A stretch of DNA of 64,000 nt from Candidatus Latescibacterota bacterium. GTDB taxonomy: Bacteria; Krumholzibacteriota; Krumholzibacteriia; WVZY01. Under the pieces are notes generated by a model. The model had not been told where the DNA came from. It saw nothing but the letters and a program-made list of their open reading frames with translations, and searched no databases. Of the stretch, positions 8,929 through 17,993 are shown piece by piece. The translations under genes were made by a program, and so were the position numbers. The first letter of the stretch is position 1, and every line of letters begins with the position of its first letter. The DNA is taken from positions 64,001 through 128,000 of the forward strand of contig CAWBQK010000013.1 in the NCBI GenBank assembly GCA_963791045.1, read 5' to 3'.

Positions 8929-9993
8929 ATGGACTTACCATCGCGCGCATCAAGGTACAGGCTGGCAATAGTCCTGGTGGTGTCACTGGCGACCGTGGCC
9001 TTCCATTACGGCCTCATCGTCAAGCCATCGGCGGGAGATGACGGATTTTTTCATGCGATACACGGGCGTCTCTGTTATATCCCGATCATCCTCGGCGCGA
9101 TCTGGTTTGGGGTTCGCGGCGGCCTCGGAATCGCTCTTTTTATAACGGCGCTCACAATCCCATACGCCCGGTACGGCCCGCACGCCCAACACGGCGCGGC
9201 GATCGGCGAATACACCGAGATGATTTTCTATGTCGCGATCGGCCTCACGGCGGGGTTTCTTATCGAACTTCAAAGACGAGAACGTAAAAGGCGGGAGGAG
9301 ATGGCCGACGAACTCGCCCGCCAGGAACACCTCTCATCGCTCGGGCAAATGGCCGCCGGTCTCGCCCATGAAATCAAAAACCCGCTCGGTTCGATAAAAG
9401 GATCCGCCGAAGTCATTGGCGACGATTATCCCGAAGGCACGCGCAAACATGAAATCGTCGAAGTGCTTTCGAAGGAAACCGACAGGTTGAATCGCGTCGT
9501 GGAAGATTTCCTCAAATTCGCGCGGCCGCGGCCGATAAACAAAGAGATGCGCGGGTTGAACTTTCTGCTCGAGGAAGTCGTGTTGCAGATTGGAGTGGAT
9601 GCAAACGCCCGCAACATCACAATCAAAAAAGACATCGACGTCGCACTTCCTGTGGCGCGGGTCGATCCCGAGAAAATGCGCCAGGTGTTTTTGAATATGC
9701 TGCTCAACGCCGTGAACGCGATGCCCGACGGGGGCACTATCCGTGTCGAAACCAAAGTGGACATCCGTGACGGCAAGAACGTCTTTCGCATCACATTCAT
9801 GGACGAGGGCGTCGGAATACCGCCCGAGGATGTCAAAAAAATATTCGATCCGTTTTTCACGCGGACGGACGGCGGGACGGGTCTTGGACTCTCGATTTCA
9901 CACTCCATCGTCCAGGAACACGGCGGCCATATCGAGGTCGAACCCAACCACCCGCGGGGGACGTCGATTTCCGTTATCCTGCCCTTTAAATAA
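8929..9993 (+). CDS. Membrane-bound sensor histidine kinase (NtrB/ZraS/PilS-like)
   Basis: About 4 N-terminal TM helices, H-box LAHEIKNPL, N-box QVFLNMLLNA, G boxes DEGVGI, FDPFF, GTGLGL. Confidence 0.92.
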   Translation: MDLPSRASRYRLAIVLVVSLATVAFHYGLIVKPSAGDDGFFHAIHGRLCYIPIILGAIWFGVRGGLGIALFITALTIPYARYGPHAQHGAAIGEYTEMIFYVAIGLTAGFLIELQRRERKRREEMADELARQEHLSSLGQMAAGLAHEIKNPLGSIKGSAEVIGDDYPEGTRKHEIVEVLSKETDRLNRVVEDFLKFARPRPINKEMRGLNFLLEEVVLQIGVDANARNITIKKDIDVALPVARVDPEKMRQVFLNMLLNAVNAMPDGGTIRVETKVDIRDGKNVFRITFMDEGVGIPPEDVKKIFDPFFTRTDGGTGLGLSISHSIVQEHGGHIEVEPNHPRGTSISVILPFK

Positions 9994-10004
9994 GAAAGCT
10001 GAGA

Positions 10005-11354
10005 ATGCCCAGGCCAACCATACTCATAGTCGATGATGACGCGAGCATCCGCAAAGTCCTCGGATTTATCCTCGAGGAGGCGGGCTATGCGATTCGCACG
10101 GAATCGTCGGGCGCGGCGGCAATCGCGGCCATTGAGAGCAAACGGCCCGACCTCGTAATGACCGATATCAAGATGCCCGGGATGGACGGGATTACGCTTC
10201 TCGGCGAAATTAAGAAAATCGACGACGGCATCCCCGTCATCGTGCTCACCGCGTTTGGCTCGGTGGAGACGGCCGTCGACGCCATGAAACTCGGGGCAAT
10301 CGATTATCTCACGAAACCAATCAGCCGGGATGAGCTTACACTCACCGTCGAGAAAACGCTCCGGATACGACAACTCGAAAAAGAGAACGTGTCGTTAAAA
10401 GAATCTCTCGCCGACAAGTTCGATGTGGCGAACATCATCGGACACTCCCCCGCCATGCAAAGCGTATTTGAAATCGTCCGGAAGGTGGCGGCCACGGACG
10501 CGTCGGTCCTGATAACCGGCGAAAGTGGAACCGGGAAGGAACTCATTGCAAGGGCAATTCACTTCAACTCCACCCGCAAGGATGCGCGGCTTGTCACGGT
10601 AAACTGCGCGGCGATTCCCGAGGACCTTCTTGAAAGTGAGCTTTTTGGGCATGTAAAGGGCGCGTTCACCGGAGCCATCAGGAAGAAGGACGGCAGGTTT
10701 CACCTGGCGCACAACGGGACCATTTTTCTCGACGAGATCGGATCGCTTCCCCGACCCCTCCAGGCAAAACTCCTTCGAGCGCTTCAGGAACAAGAAATCC
10801 AAAGGGTCGGCGAAGAAGAACCCACAACGGTCGACGTTCGTGTGATTTCAGCCACCAACCGTCCCCTGCCCGAGCTGATTCGCGACGGGGAATTTCGCGA
10901 CGATCTTTTTTACCGATTGAATGTCGTACCGGTCACCGTGCCACCGCTGCGTCAGCGCCGATCGGACATACCGCTTCTCGTCGATCACTTTAAGGGGGAC
11001 GGAGGAAAGGTAACGTTCACCGCCTCGGCGCTCGCGGCGCTCGAGGAGTACGAATGGCCGGGAAACGTGCGCGAGCTGGAAAATTTTTGTGAACGCATCG
11101 TGTTGATGTCAGGCTCGGGCACGATCGACGCCGCACCAGTACGGGAGCAGATCGAATTGATGAAAGCGGAACAAGCCCATATCGGATCACCGCAACAGGC
11201 AACGCTTCCCGAGGTGGAACGCCGCGCCGTGGTCGAAGCGCTTATCGACTGCAACTGGAACCAGTCGAAAGCCGCCCGCCGCCTCGGCATCCCACGGCAC
11301 GTTCTTCTCTATCGCATGAAGAAGTTCAACATCCACCGCGACCATTCCGACTAA
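10005..11354 (+). CDS. Sigma54-dependent NtrC-family response regulator
   Basis: Receiver (ILIVDDD, DLVMTD), AAA+ GESGTGKE, GAFTGA, WPGNVRELEN, C-terminal Fis-type HTH (NQSKAARRLGI). Confidence 0.96.
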   Translation: MPRPTILIVDDDASIRKVLGFILEEAGYAIRTESSGAAAIAAIESKRPDLVMTDIKMPGMDGITLLGEIKKIDDGIPVIVLTAFGSVETAVDAMKLGAIDYLTKPISRDELTLTVEKTLRIRQLEKENVSLKESLADKFDVANIIGHSPAMQSVFEIVRKVAATDASVLITGESGTGKELIARAIHFNSTRKDARLVTVNCAAIPEDLLESELFGHVKGAFTGAIRKKDGRFHLAHNGTIFLDEIGSLPRPLQAKLLRALQEQEIQRVGEEEPTTVDVRVISATNRPLPELIRDGEFRDDLFYRLNVVPVTVPPLRQRRSDIPLLVDHFKGDGGKVTFTASALAALEEYEWPGNVRELENFCERIVLMSGSGTIDAAPVREQIELMKAEQAHIGSPQQATLPEVERRAVVEALIDCNWNQSKAARRLGIPRHVLLYRMKKFNIHRDHSD

Positions 11355-11425
11355 TAGCCCGGGACCATGATATACTGTTGAACCGCTCCCCGGAGACAAA
11401 TACAACTAACGCTAATGGCCTGAAA

Positions 11426-12505
11426 ATGAACAAAATCGAAATCCTCAACTGGAAAACCAAAGATCTGTCGACGGATGGACCCTTTGATTTCCGGCTCGAC
11501 CGCGGACCGGCCGGGCTGACGGAAACCGAAAATGCGGGCTCTACCGGCGAGCGTCTTCCCATCGGGGTTCCGGCGAGCCCGCCGGCGCTTCTTGAGACAG
11601 ACGCGGGTCACATTGTCATCCACGGACACAGGCAGATTGACGCGGCACTTTCCGAAGGCGCCGCGTCGATACCTTCAATCGTTTATCCGGCAGACACGCC
11701 CAGACAAACTGTCGTCACCCTGGCGCTCGAACAGTGCGCCATCCAGGGCGCCGGCCACCCGAGAGAAGAGAATAAACACAGCGGCGGCGCTCTTTCGGGC
11801 ATCGAAAAGATCCTGGCGATTTACAAAACGAGTTTGTACGCAGGCGGCGGCCTTGCGGCGGCAGGCGAGCCGCTAAAATTGGACACGCCGGTGTCCCCCC
11901 CCGACTGGATCGTTCCATTGTATGCAAATCTGCTCGGACGGCGGGTCTCCAAGCCATACCTCGCAAGGACCTGCACGGCTCTTGCATTCCCGGCGTCCGA
12001 ACTTCTCGCACTCGCGCGTTTCAATTTTACGATAGACCAGATCGCATCGATTCTCGTTCTCTCGCCGAAAGAGCGTGCCGCGGTCCTCGCCCTTCTCCGT
12101 GCCACCGCGTTTACGACGGCCGACCTCAGACAACTCGTCCGGCTCCTGATCCTGGCGCGCGGACGCGCAAAATTCGATCTCGAGCCGACGGCGGCGGCTG
12201 CGGCGAAGAACCAAAAGGGCGGTTCGGCGATCACCCGGGCAATTGAGATGGAGATTTATCCGGCGTTAACGGCCAGGAAACGGCGAATAGAGACCAGTCT
12301 CCGGGAGATGAGGCTGCCGAATCGGTTACGGATCAAGCCACCGGAAAACCTAGAAGGGGATTCGTTTTCGTGTTACTTTAGGTTTTCTCGGCTCGAGGAA
12401 CTTGCCGGTTATGTGGAATTACTCGGGCGGGCGGTGCAGGACGGCAGTGCGGGGAAGCTCCTCGATCTGTTGAATGACGGTGATGCGGACACGGAGGCAC
12501 AATGA
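11426..12505 (+). CDS. Protein with ParB/Srx-like N-terminal domain
   Basis: PPALL..HIVIHGHRQIDAALSEGAASIPSIV resembles a degenerate ParBc motif, followed by a helical region. 4-nt overlap with the next gene. Start could be 11378 or 11426. Confidence 0.55.
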   Translation: MNKIEILNWKTKDLSTDGPFDFRLDRGPAGLTETENAGSTGERLPIGVPASPPALLETDAGHIVIHGHRQIDAALSEGAASIPSIVYPADTPRQTVVTLALEQCAIQGAGHPREENKHSGGALSGIEKILAIYKTSLYAGGGLAAAGEPLKLDTPVSPPDWIVPLYANLLGRRVSKPYLARTCTALAFPASELLALARFNFTIDQIASILVLSPKERAAVLALLRATAFTTADLRQLVRLLILARGRAKFDLEPTAAAAAKNQKGGSAITRAIEMEIYPALTARKRRIETSLREMRLPNRLRIKPPENLEGDSFSCYFRFSRLEELAGYVELLGRAVQDGSAGKLLDLLNDGDADTEAQ

Positions 12506-15423
12506 GGCGTTTGTTCTTTCTACTGATTCTGGCGGCGGTCACTACCCCCTCACTGGCGGGAGCGCAGGAGTATTTCCAGCAAACCGTCGCCTACAAAATA
12601 AACGTTCGGCTCGACCCAAAAGAACACATGCTCACCGGGACCGAGGAGATCGTCTATACAAACAACTCTCCGGATACGCTCAAGGAGTTTTACCTCCATT
12701 TGTACCCGAACGCGTTCAAGTCAAAAGACACGGCGTTGATGACCGATGTACGCAAACGCTTCAACAGAACGATCTCCGACCTCCCCAAGAAATACAGAAG
12801 CTACCTGAACATCTATGACGTCCTGATCGACACAACACAAGTCTCTCCAATAATTGACGATACCATCGCCAAGTTCTTCCTGCCCCGTCCTCTGGCGCCG
12901 GGGGCAACCATGAAGATCTCGCTCCGATTCGAAGAAAAGGTTCGAAGGCACGCCGGTCGAGCCGGGTACCGCAAGGAGCACTATGACATCGCCCAGTGGT
13001 ACCCAAAAGTCGTCGTCTATGATGAGAAGCGATTCCATCCGGACAAGTTCCGGTTGGGAGAATTCTACGGCGAGTTCGCGGACTATGATGTCTCGATCGA
13101 TATTCCGATAAAGTACGTCATCGCCGCCACGGGAGTGCTCGAAGAGGGTGACGCAGGTTGGACGTACAACCCCGTGAAAGGCGACAGACGAAAGGGAGAG
13201 CGCGGGCAGGACAAAAAGTTCAAAACGGTCCGTTTCCGCGCCGAAAACGTCCACGATTTCGCGTGGAGCGCGAATCCGCGATTCAGCGTCCAGACACAAA
13301 CACTCAATGATGTCGAAATAATGAGCTTTTTCGACCGGGGCAACAAGTCGTGGAGAGACTCCACGCTGGCGCACGGAGTTCGCGCCGTCGAGTGGCTCTC
13401 AGAGAGGGTCGGGCTGTACCCGTATCCGCAGCTTTCCCTGGTCCAGGGACTGTTGCGCGGGGGGATGGAGTACCCGATGCTCGTCATGGACGGTCACGTG
13501 AGCGAATCGCTCGTCGTTCACGAAGTCGGCCACAACTGGTTTTACGGCGCTCTGGCGAATAACGAAAGAAACTCGGCATGGCTCGACGAAGGACTGACAA
13601 CATTCCAGACCGATTGGTACCTGACCGAACGTTACGGCAAATGGGGCAATAAGAAGAAGTGGAACCTGTACGAAAAAATCACGCCTCAATACACACTCGT
13701 CGAAAAACAGAGGCGACGGGTTCTTCCCCTCATGCGCAGAGGATATTCCGAGCGCCTATCCAAGCCGGCGGAGAATTACAAACACGATTACGCGGCGATG
13801 GTTTACGGCAAAGGCTCGTTGATGTTCAACGCGCTGCGTTATGTCGTGGGCGAAGAGGATTTCGAAGAAATACTCAAAACTTACTATGAACGCTGGAAAT
13901 TCAAACACGTCAACGAGGAGAGATTCCAGGCGGTGTGCGAAGAAGTCAGCGGCATGGACCTCAATCTGTTCTTCGAGCAGTGGATCCACACGATCAAGGT
14001 TTGTGATTACAATCTCTCCAAAATGAAAACCACGGTCAATGAAAGCGGCGACGGCTACGTAACGGAGATAACCATTTTCAGACTCGGCGAAGTTGTACTG
14101 CCGCTCAATCTCAAGATTACGTTCCGCGATGGAACCACACAAACAACGCGAATCGAAGGCCGGCTGCGGACTATCAAAAAAACTTACTCGTTTCCGTCGA
14201 AGCCAAAGAAAGCGGCGCTCAACCCGGAAAACGAGATCCTCGACATTAACATGGCGGACAACTTCCTGCCGCGGCGCTACTCGCTTCAGATCGACTGGCC
14301 AAACAACCGATACTACCCGGAGGATTCGTACCAAATCAGGCATCACCCGTATGTTTGGTACAACGATGTGGACGGCCCAAGAGTCGGTCTTCATTTCAAG
14401 GGAAGCAACGCCGAGTGGAGCCGCCGCTTCAAATTGGGATTGTACTACGGCGTGGACAGCGGCCGGCTTGATGTCGCCGCCAAGTGGATACGTCCCTCGT
14501 CCATTTTCGGCACGCACACATTCGGCATTTTGTCCGGTTACAAACTTGAAGGCCGCCAGGACATAAACGTTGAACTCGCGTATCGCCGTCGAAAAGAACT
14601 GTCGCGTCCGCCGACTCACAATTTCGCGATCGGCATGAACTACCACGAACTCCGGCGCTCGCAGTACATCTCCAACCCGGAACAGTACCAGGAAAACTCG
14701 GACGTCGCGCCGTACATAAATTACCAGGTCGACCCGCAGTTCGATCTCTTCTCGACCGACCTCGACTTCGGCCTGCGGTTCGGACGAGAGTGGTTCGGCG
14801 GCCGATCTAAGTACACCCGGTTCAACAGTTCGGTTGGCTTGAAATCACGCCCCGAGCTCTCTCGCTTCGACACGCGTTTTCGGATGTTTTTTGGTGTCGT
14901 GGATGCGGAATCCCCGTATCAGCAGAAGTTCTATCTTGCCGGCGGCGGCCCTCTTGCCGAGGAAAAGGTATTCTTCCTCCGAAGCCCCGGCGCCATCCCC
15001 AAGGATCTCAATTACCACGAGCCCGGACACGGCAACCTCAGAGGTTATTTCACGGGGAATTTTGGCGTGAATCGTCTGTTCTCGCTCAATCTTGAAATGG
15101 GCGGCAAGGTGCCCCTGATCTCGAGCAGCAAAAAGAAATTTCTCGGCGAGATTAAGGTATATGCTTTTGGAGATGCCGGGTGGGTTATGGATTCAACAAA
15201 TCCCATCGGGACGAGCGAACGGATTGGAGATCTCGTCAACGATGGGATCTTTGATGACACACTTGCCGATGCGGGGATCGGTTTTACTCTCGCGCGGGAT
15301 CTTCCCTTCTGGAAAATGCTGCTGAGACTCGACATCCCCTTCTGGGTGGGGCAGCCAAAGATAAACGGCGAAACCCAACAGACCCAACACCGCTACGTTT
15401 TCAGTCTCAAAACATCATTCTAA
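12502..15423 (+). CDS. Secreted M1-family zinc aminopeptidase with long C-terminal beta-barrel-like extension
   Basis: Signal peptide. GGMEYP and HEVGH-x18-E (..WLDEG), YGKG. C-terminal amphipathic strands ending YVFSLKTSF. Confidence 0.9.
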   Translation: MRRLFFLLILAAVTTPSLAGAQEYFQQTVAYKINVRLDPKEHMLTGTEEIVYTNNSPDTLKEFYLHLYPNAFKSKDTALMTDVRKRFNRTISDLPKKYRSYLNIYDVLIDTTQVSPIIDDTIAKFFLPRPLAPGATMKISLRFEEKVRRHAGRAGYRKEHYDIAQWYPKVVVYDEKRFHPDKFRLGEFYGEFADYDVSIDIPIKYVIAATGVLEEGDAGWTYNPVKGDRRKGERGQDKKFKTVRFRAENVHDFAWSANPRFSVQTQTLNDVEIMSFFDRGNKSWRDSTLAHGVRAVEWLSERVGLYPYPQLSLVQGLLRGGMEYPMLVMDGHVSESLVVHEVGHNWFYGALANNERNSAWLDEGLTTFQTDWYLTERYGKWGNKKKWNLYEKITPQYTLVEKQRRRVLPLMRRGYSERLSKPAENYKHDYAAMVYGKGSLMFNALRYVVGEEDFEEILKTYYERWKFKHVNEERFQAVCEEVSGMDLNLFFEQWIHTIKVCDYNLSKMKTTVNESGDGYVTEITIFRLGEVVLPLNLKITFRDGTTQTTRIEGRLRTIKKTYSFPSKPKKAALNPENEILDINMADNFLPRRYSLQIDWPNNRYYPEDSYQIRHHPYVWYNDVDGPRVGLHFKGSNAEWSRRFKLGLYYGVDSGRLDVAAKWIRPSSIFGTHTFGILSGYKLEGRQDINVELAYRRRKELSRPPTHNFAIGMNYHELRRSQYISNPEQYQENSDVAPYINYQVDPQFDLFSTDLDFGLRFGREWFGGRSKYTRFNSSVGLKSRPELSRFDTRFRMFFGVVDAESPYQQKFYLAGGGPLAEEKVFFLRSPGAIPKDLNYHEPGHGNLRGYFTGNFGVNRLFSLNLEMGGKVPLISSSKKKFLGEIKVYAFGDAGWVMDSTNPIGTSERIGDLVNDGIFDDTLADAGIGFTLARDLPFWKMLLRLDIPFWVGQPKINGETQQTQHRYVFSLKTSF

Positions 15424-15490
15424 CGCTTTCGCCGGCCGGGCTGTTAGACGCACGACCGGCTCCGCACCTTCGGGCTCCGCACGCAGACGG

Positions 15491-16591
15491 CTACCCTAGT
15501 ATGTCTTTGACCGCTGCAACGACCTCATCGACCATCTCGTCGGTGAGCTCGGGGTACATCGGAAGCGAAACGATTTCCTTGGCCGCTTTCTCCGCCACCG
15601 GAAACGCGCCTTCGCCAATCCCAAGGTCCTCGTAGGCCTTCTGCAGATGAAGCGGCACGGGATAATGGATCCCGGCGGCGATTCCGCGTTCGCCAAGCCC
15701 GTTGAGCAGCTTGTCCCGATCCGGCGTCCTTACAACATAGAGATGATAAACATGGTACCGTCCGGGGCCTTCCCTGACCGGACGAACCGGCCCGTCGGCA
15801 AATCCTTCGTCGTATCGTTTCGCGCGGCTGCGGCGGCTTTCGTTCCAACCGTCAATGTAACCCAGCTTGACATCGAGAACCGCCGCCTGGATTCCATCCA
15901 GACGGTAATTAAAACCCACGTGTGAATGTGTGTACTTGTCGAAACGGCCGTGATTGCCCAGGCGCCGCATAAAGTCCGCCTGGTCGGCATCATCGGTCAC
16001 GATCATACCCGCGTCCCCGTACGCGCCGAGATTTTTGCCCGGATAAAAACTGTAACAGGTGAGGTCACCCAAAAGAGCCCTCCGGCTCCCATTGAGATTC
16101 GCGCCGTGGGCCTGAGCGGCATCGGCAACGACCTTTATGGAGTGACGCGATGCGATATCCATAATCGCCTCCATGTCCGCGCTCTGGCCGTAGAGGTGGA
16201 CGGGAACAATCGCCTTGGTCTTGTCCGTGATCGCCGCCTCGACTTGTTCCGGATCGATCGTCAGCGTATCGTCGGTTACGTCCACAAGAACCGGGCGCGC
16301 GCCGGTGTGTGAAATCGCCTCCGTTGTCGCAATAAACGTGTTGGTCGCCGTGATGACTTCATCGCCGGGGCCAATGCCGAGCGTGGTCAGCGCCAGGTGA
16401 AGCGCCGACGTACCGCTGCTCGTTCCGACGCCGTATCCGGCCTCGACATATTTCGCATAATTCTTCTCGAGAGTTTCCAGCTTCTTGCCACCGACGAATG
16501 CCGTGTTCTCGATAATTTGCGCGATCGCGGGATCGACCTCGCTCTTAATGCTCTGGTACTGGGCTTTGAGATCGACAAACGGGATTCCCAT
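15491..16591 (-). CDS. DegT/DnrJ/EryC1/StrS PLP-dependent sugar aminotransferase
   Basis: IPFVDLKAQY, SSGTSAL, PVHLYGQ, DAAQAHGA, SFYPGKNLGAYGDAG, SLPMYP. Confidence 0.95.
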   Translation of the reverse strand: MGIPFVDLKAQYQSIKSEVDPAIAQIIENTAFVGGKKLETLEKNYAKYVEAGYGVGTSSGTSALHLALTTLGIGPGDEVITATNTFIATTEAISHTGARPVLVDVTDDTLTIDPEQVEAAITDKTKAIVPVHLYGQSADMEAIMDIASRHSIKVVADAAQAHGANLNGSRRALLGDLTCYSFYPGKNLGAYGDAGMIVTDDADQADFMRRLGNHGRFDKYTHSHVGFNYRLDGIQAAVLDVKLGYIDGWNESRRSRAKRYDEGFADGPVRPVREGPGRYHVYHLYVVRTPDRDKLLNGLGERGIAAGIHYPVPLHLQKAYEDLGIGEGAFPVAEKAAKEIVSLPMYPELTDEMVDEVVAAVKDILG

Positions 16592-16747
16592 GACTGGTAT
16601 CACCTTTCGATATGAATTCTAATCTTTATGAAGGATGCATCCGGCGGAGGAACTTCACCACCAATCCACCCAAATATCAGCTATGCAGAATACCACATAT
16701 AACCTGACGCGGCAAGGCGTTACGTGCATAAAACGCGCCAGAAAGGT

Positions 16748-16777
16748 TTGACAACCGCGCAAAAACACCGATAGAAT
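16748..16777 (+). promoter_or_regulatory. Candidate sigma70 promoter
   Basis: TTGACA-18bp-TAGAAT, 44 bp upstream of ATG 16821. Confidence 0.5.
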
Positions 16778-16820
16778 GGATTTTCGGTGAGGATGGGAGC
16801 ACACTCACGATTGGAGCCCA

Positions 16821-17993
16821 ATGTCCGCAGAACGAAGAACGATGCTGATATTGTTTGCCGTGGCGCTGGGATTGCGAGTTCTTTACGGCGCATTTCTCGC
16901 CAACCAACCCGACCTCGTTCCCAGCCCCATAACTTCTGACCTGAGTTATGCGAAGGAAATAGCCACGGGAACTCGATGGTTCAACGAGCCGTTGTCACCG
17001 CGATCGCCAGGGTACCCCCTGGTTCTGGCGTCATTCTACGTCGTTTCGGCCAAGCATTTCTGGCTGATGATATTTCTCCAGGCAATCCTCGGGGCGTTGA
17101 CGGTCGTTCTTCTCTACCGGATAGGGACGAGAATGCTGGGCCCGGTCTTCGCGGTGGTCGCCGCGCTCTGGTTCGCGTTCCATGTCTTTCATATGCATGT
17201 CGGGCATTTCTTCCACAGGGACATCCTGAGTGTTTTCCTTTTGACGCTCCTCGTGTACATACTGACACGGCCATTCAAGCGGATGTGGTACGGACTCATC
17301 GCTGGAATCATCTTCGCGGCGCTCGCGCATGTCGACCCGCAGTTTCTTCTCCTCCTCCCCGTGTTCGCAATTTTTATTCTGTTCAAATCACGGCACGGGT
17401 TTCTCAACATTCAGTATCTCTTTTTGTTTTTCTTCGCCGCGATCGTAATTTCGCTGCCGTGGACCATGAGGAACAACACCATCTACGGGCAACCCATCCC
17501 CATTGGACTCGAAGCCAGAAAATACCTGCGACCGGCCAAATCCGTCGTGACAAATCCCGACAAGGGTTTGTCCGAACTCGAAAGCAAGATCACGCGGGCG
17601 TCACGTGCCCGGCTCATCGAGAGAAACACCGTCGAGTTCTGGCGTTTCGCGAAATTCGAAGGGGACGTTGTGGAGTCCGCCGATTCAACGTTTGGCGGAG
17701 GGCTGGAGCCGGCGTGGTCGTTCCGGCACAATCTCGTCAGCATCCTCAATTACGGGATTCTGCTACCGTTCTTCGCCTTGGGGCTCGTGCTGGTCGTCCG
17801 CGACCGGAACAGAACCGGGCTCATGCTCGCTACGGTCACGGTCGCCTTTTTTGTCATGAGGATGTATCTCGGCGGGGATGAACGCATAAGGCTCGCCGTC
17901 GACCCATTTATTGTGATTCTGGCTTTCTACGGAATCTCATGGATGATCGGCACGCTGTGGAAACCCAGGTCGGCCGAAGACACCCAGGACTAG
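16821..17993 (+). CDS. GT-C fold (ArnT/PMT, GT39-like) membrane glycosyltransferase
   Basis: Multi-TM, early-loop Asp (TSDLSY), RSPGYP, PWTMRN, C-terminal ERIRLAVDP. Confidence 0.8.
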   Translation: MSAERRTMLILFAVALGLRVLYGAFLANQPDLVPSPITSDLSYAKEIATGTRWFNEPLSPRSPGYPLVLASFYVVSAKHFWLMIFLQAILGALTVVLLYRIGTRMLGPVFAVVAALWFAFHVFHMHVGHFFHRDILSVFLLTLLVYILTRPFKRMWYGLIAGIIFAALAHVDPQFLLLLPVFAIFILFKSRHGFLNIQYLFLFFFAAIVISLPWTMRNNTIYGQPIPIGLEARKYLRPAKSVVTNPDKGLSELESKITRASRARLIERNTVEFWRFAKFEGDVVESADSTFGGGLEPAWSFRHNLVSILNYGILLPFFALGLVLVVRDRNRTGLMLATVTVAFFVMRMYLGGDERIRLAVDPFIVILAFYGISWMIGTLWKPRSAEDTQD

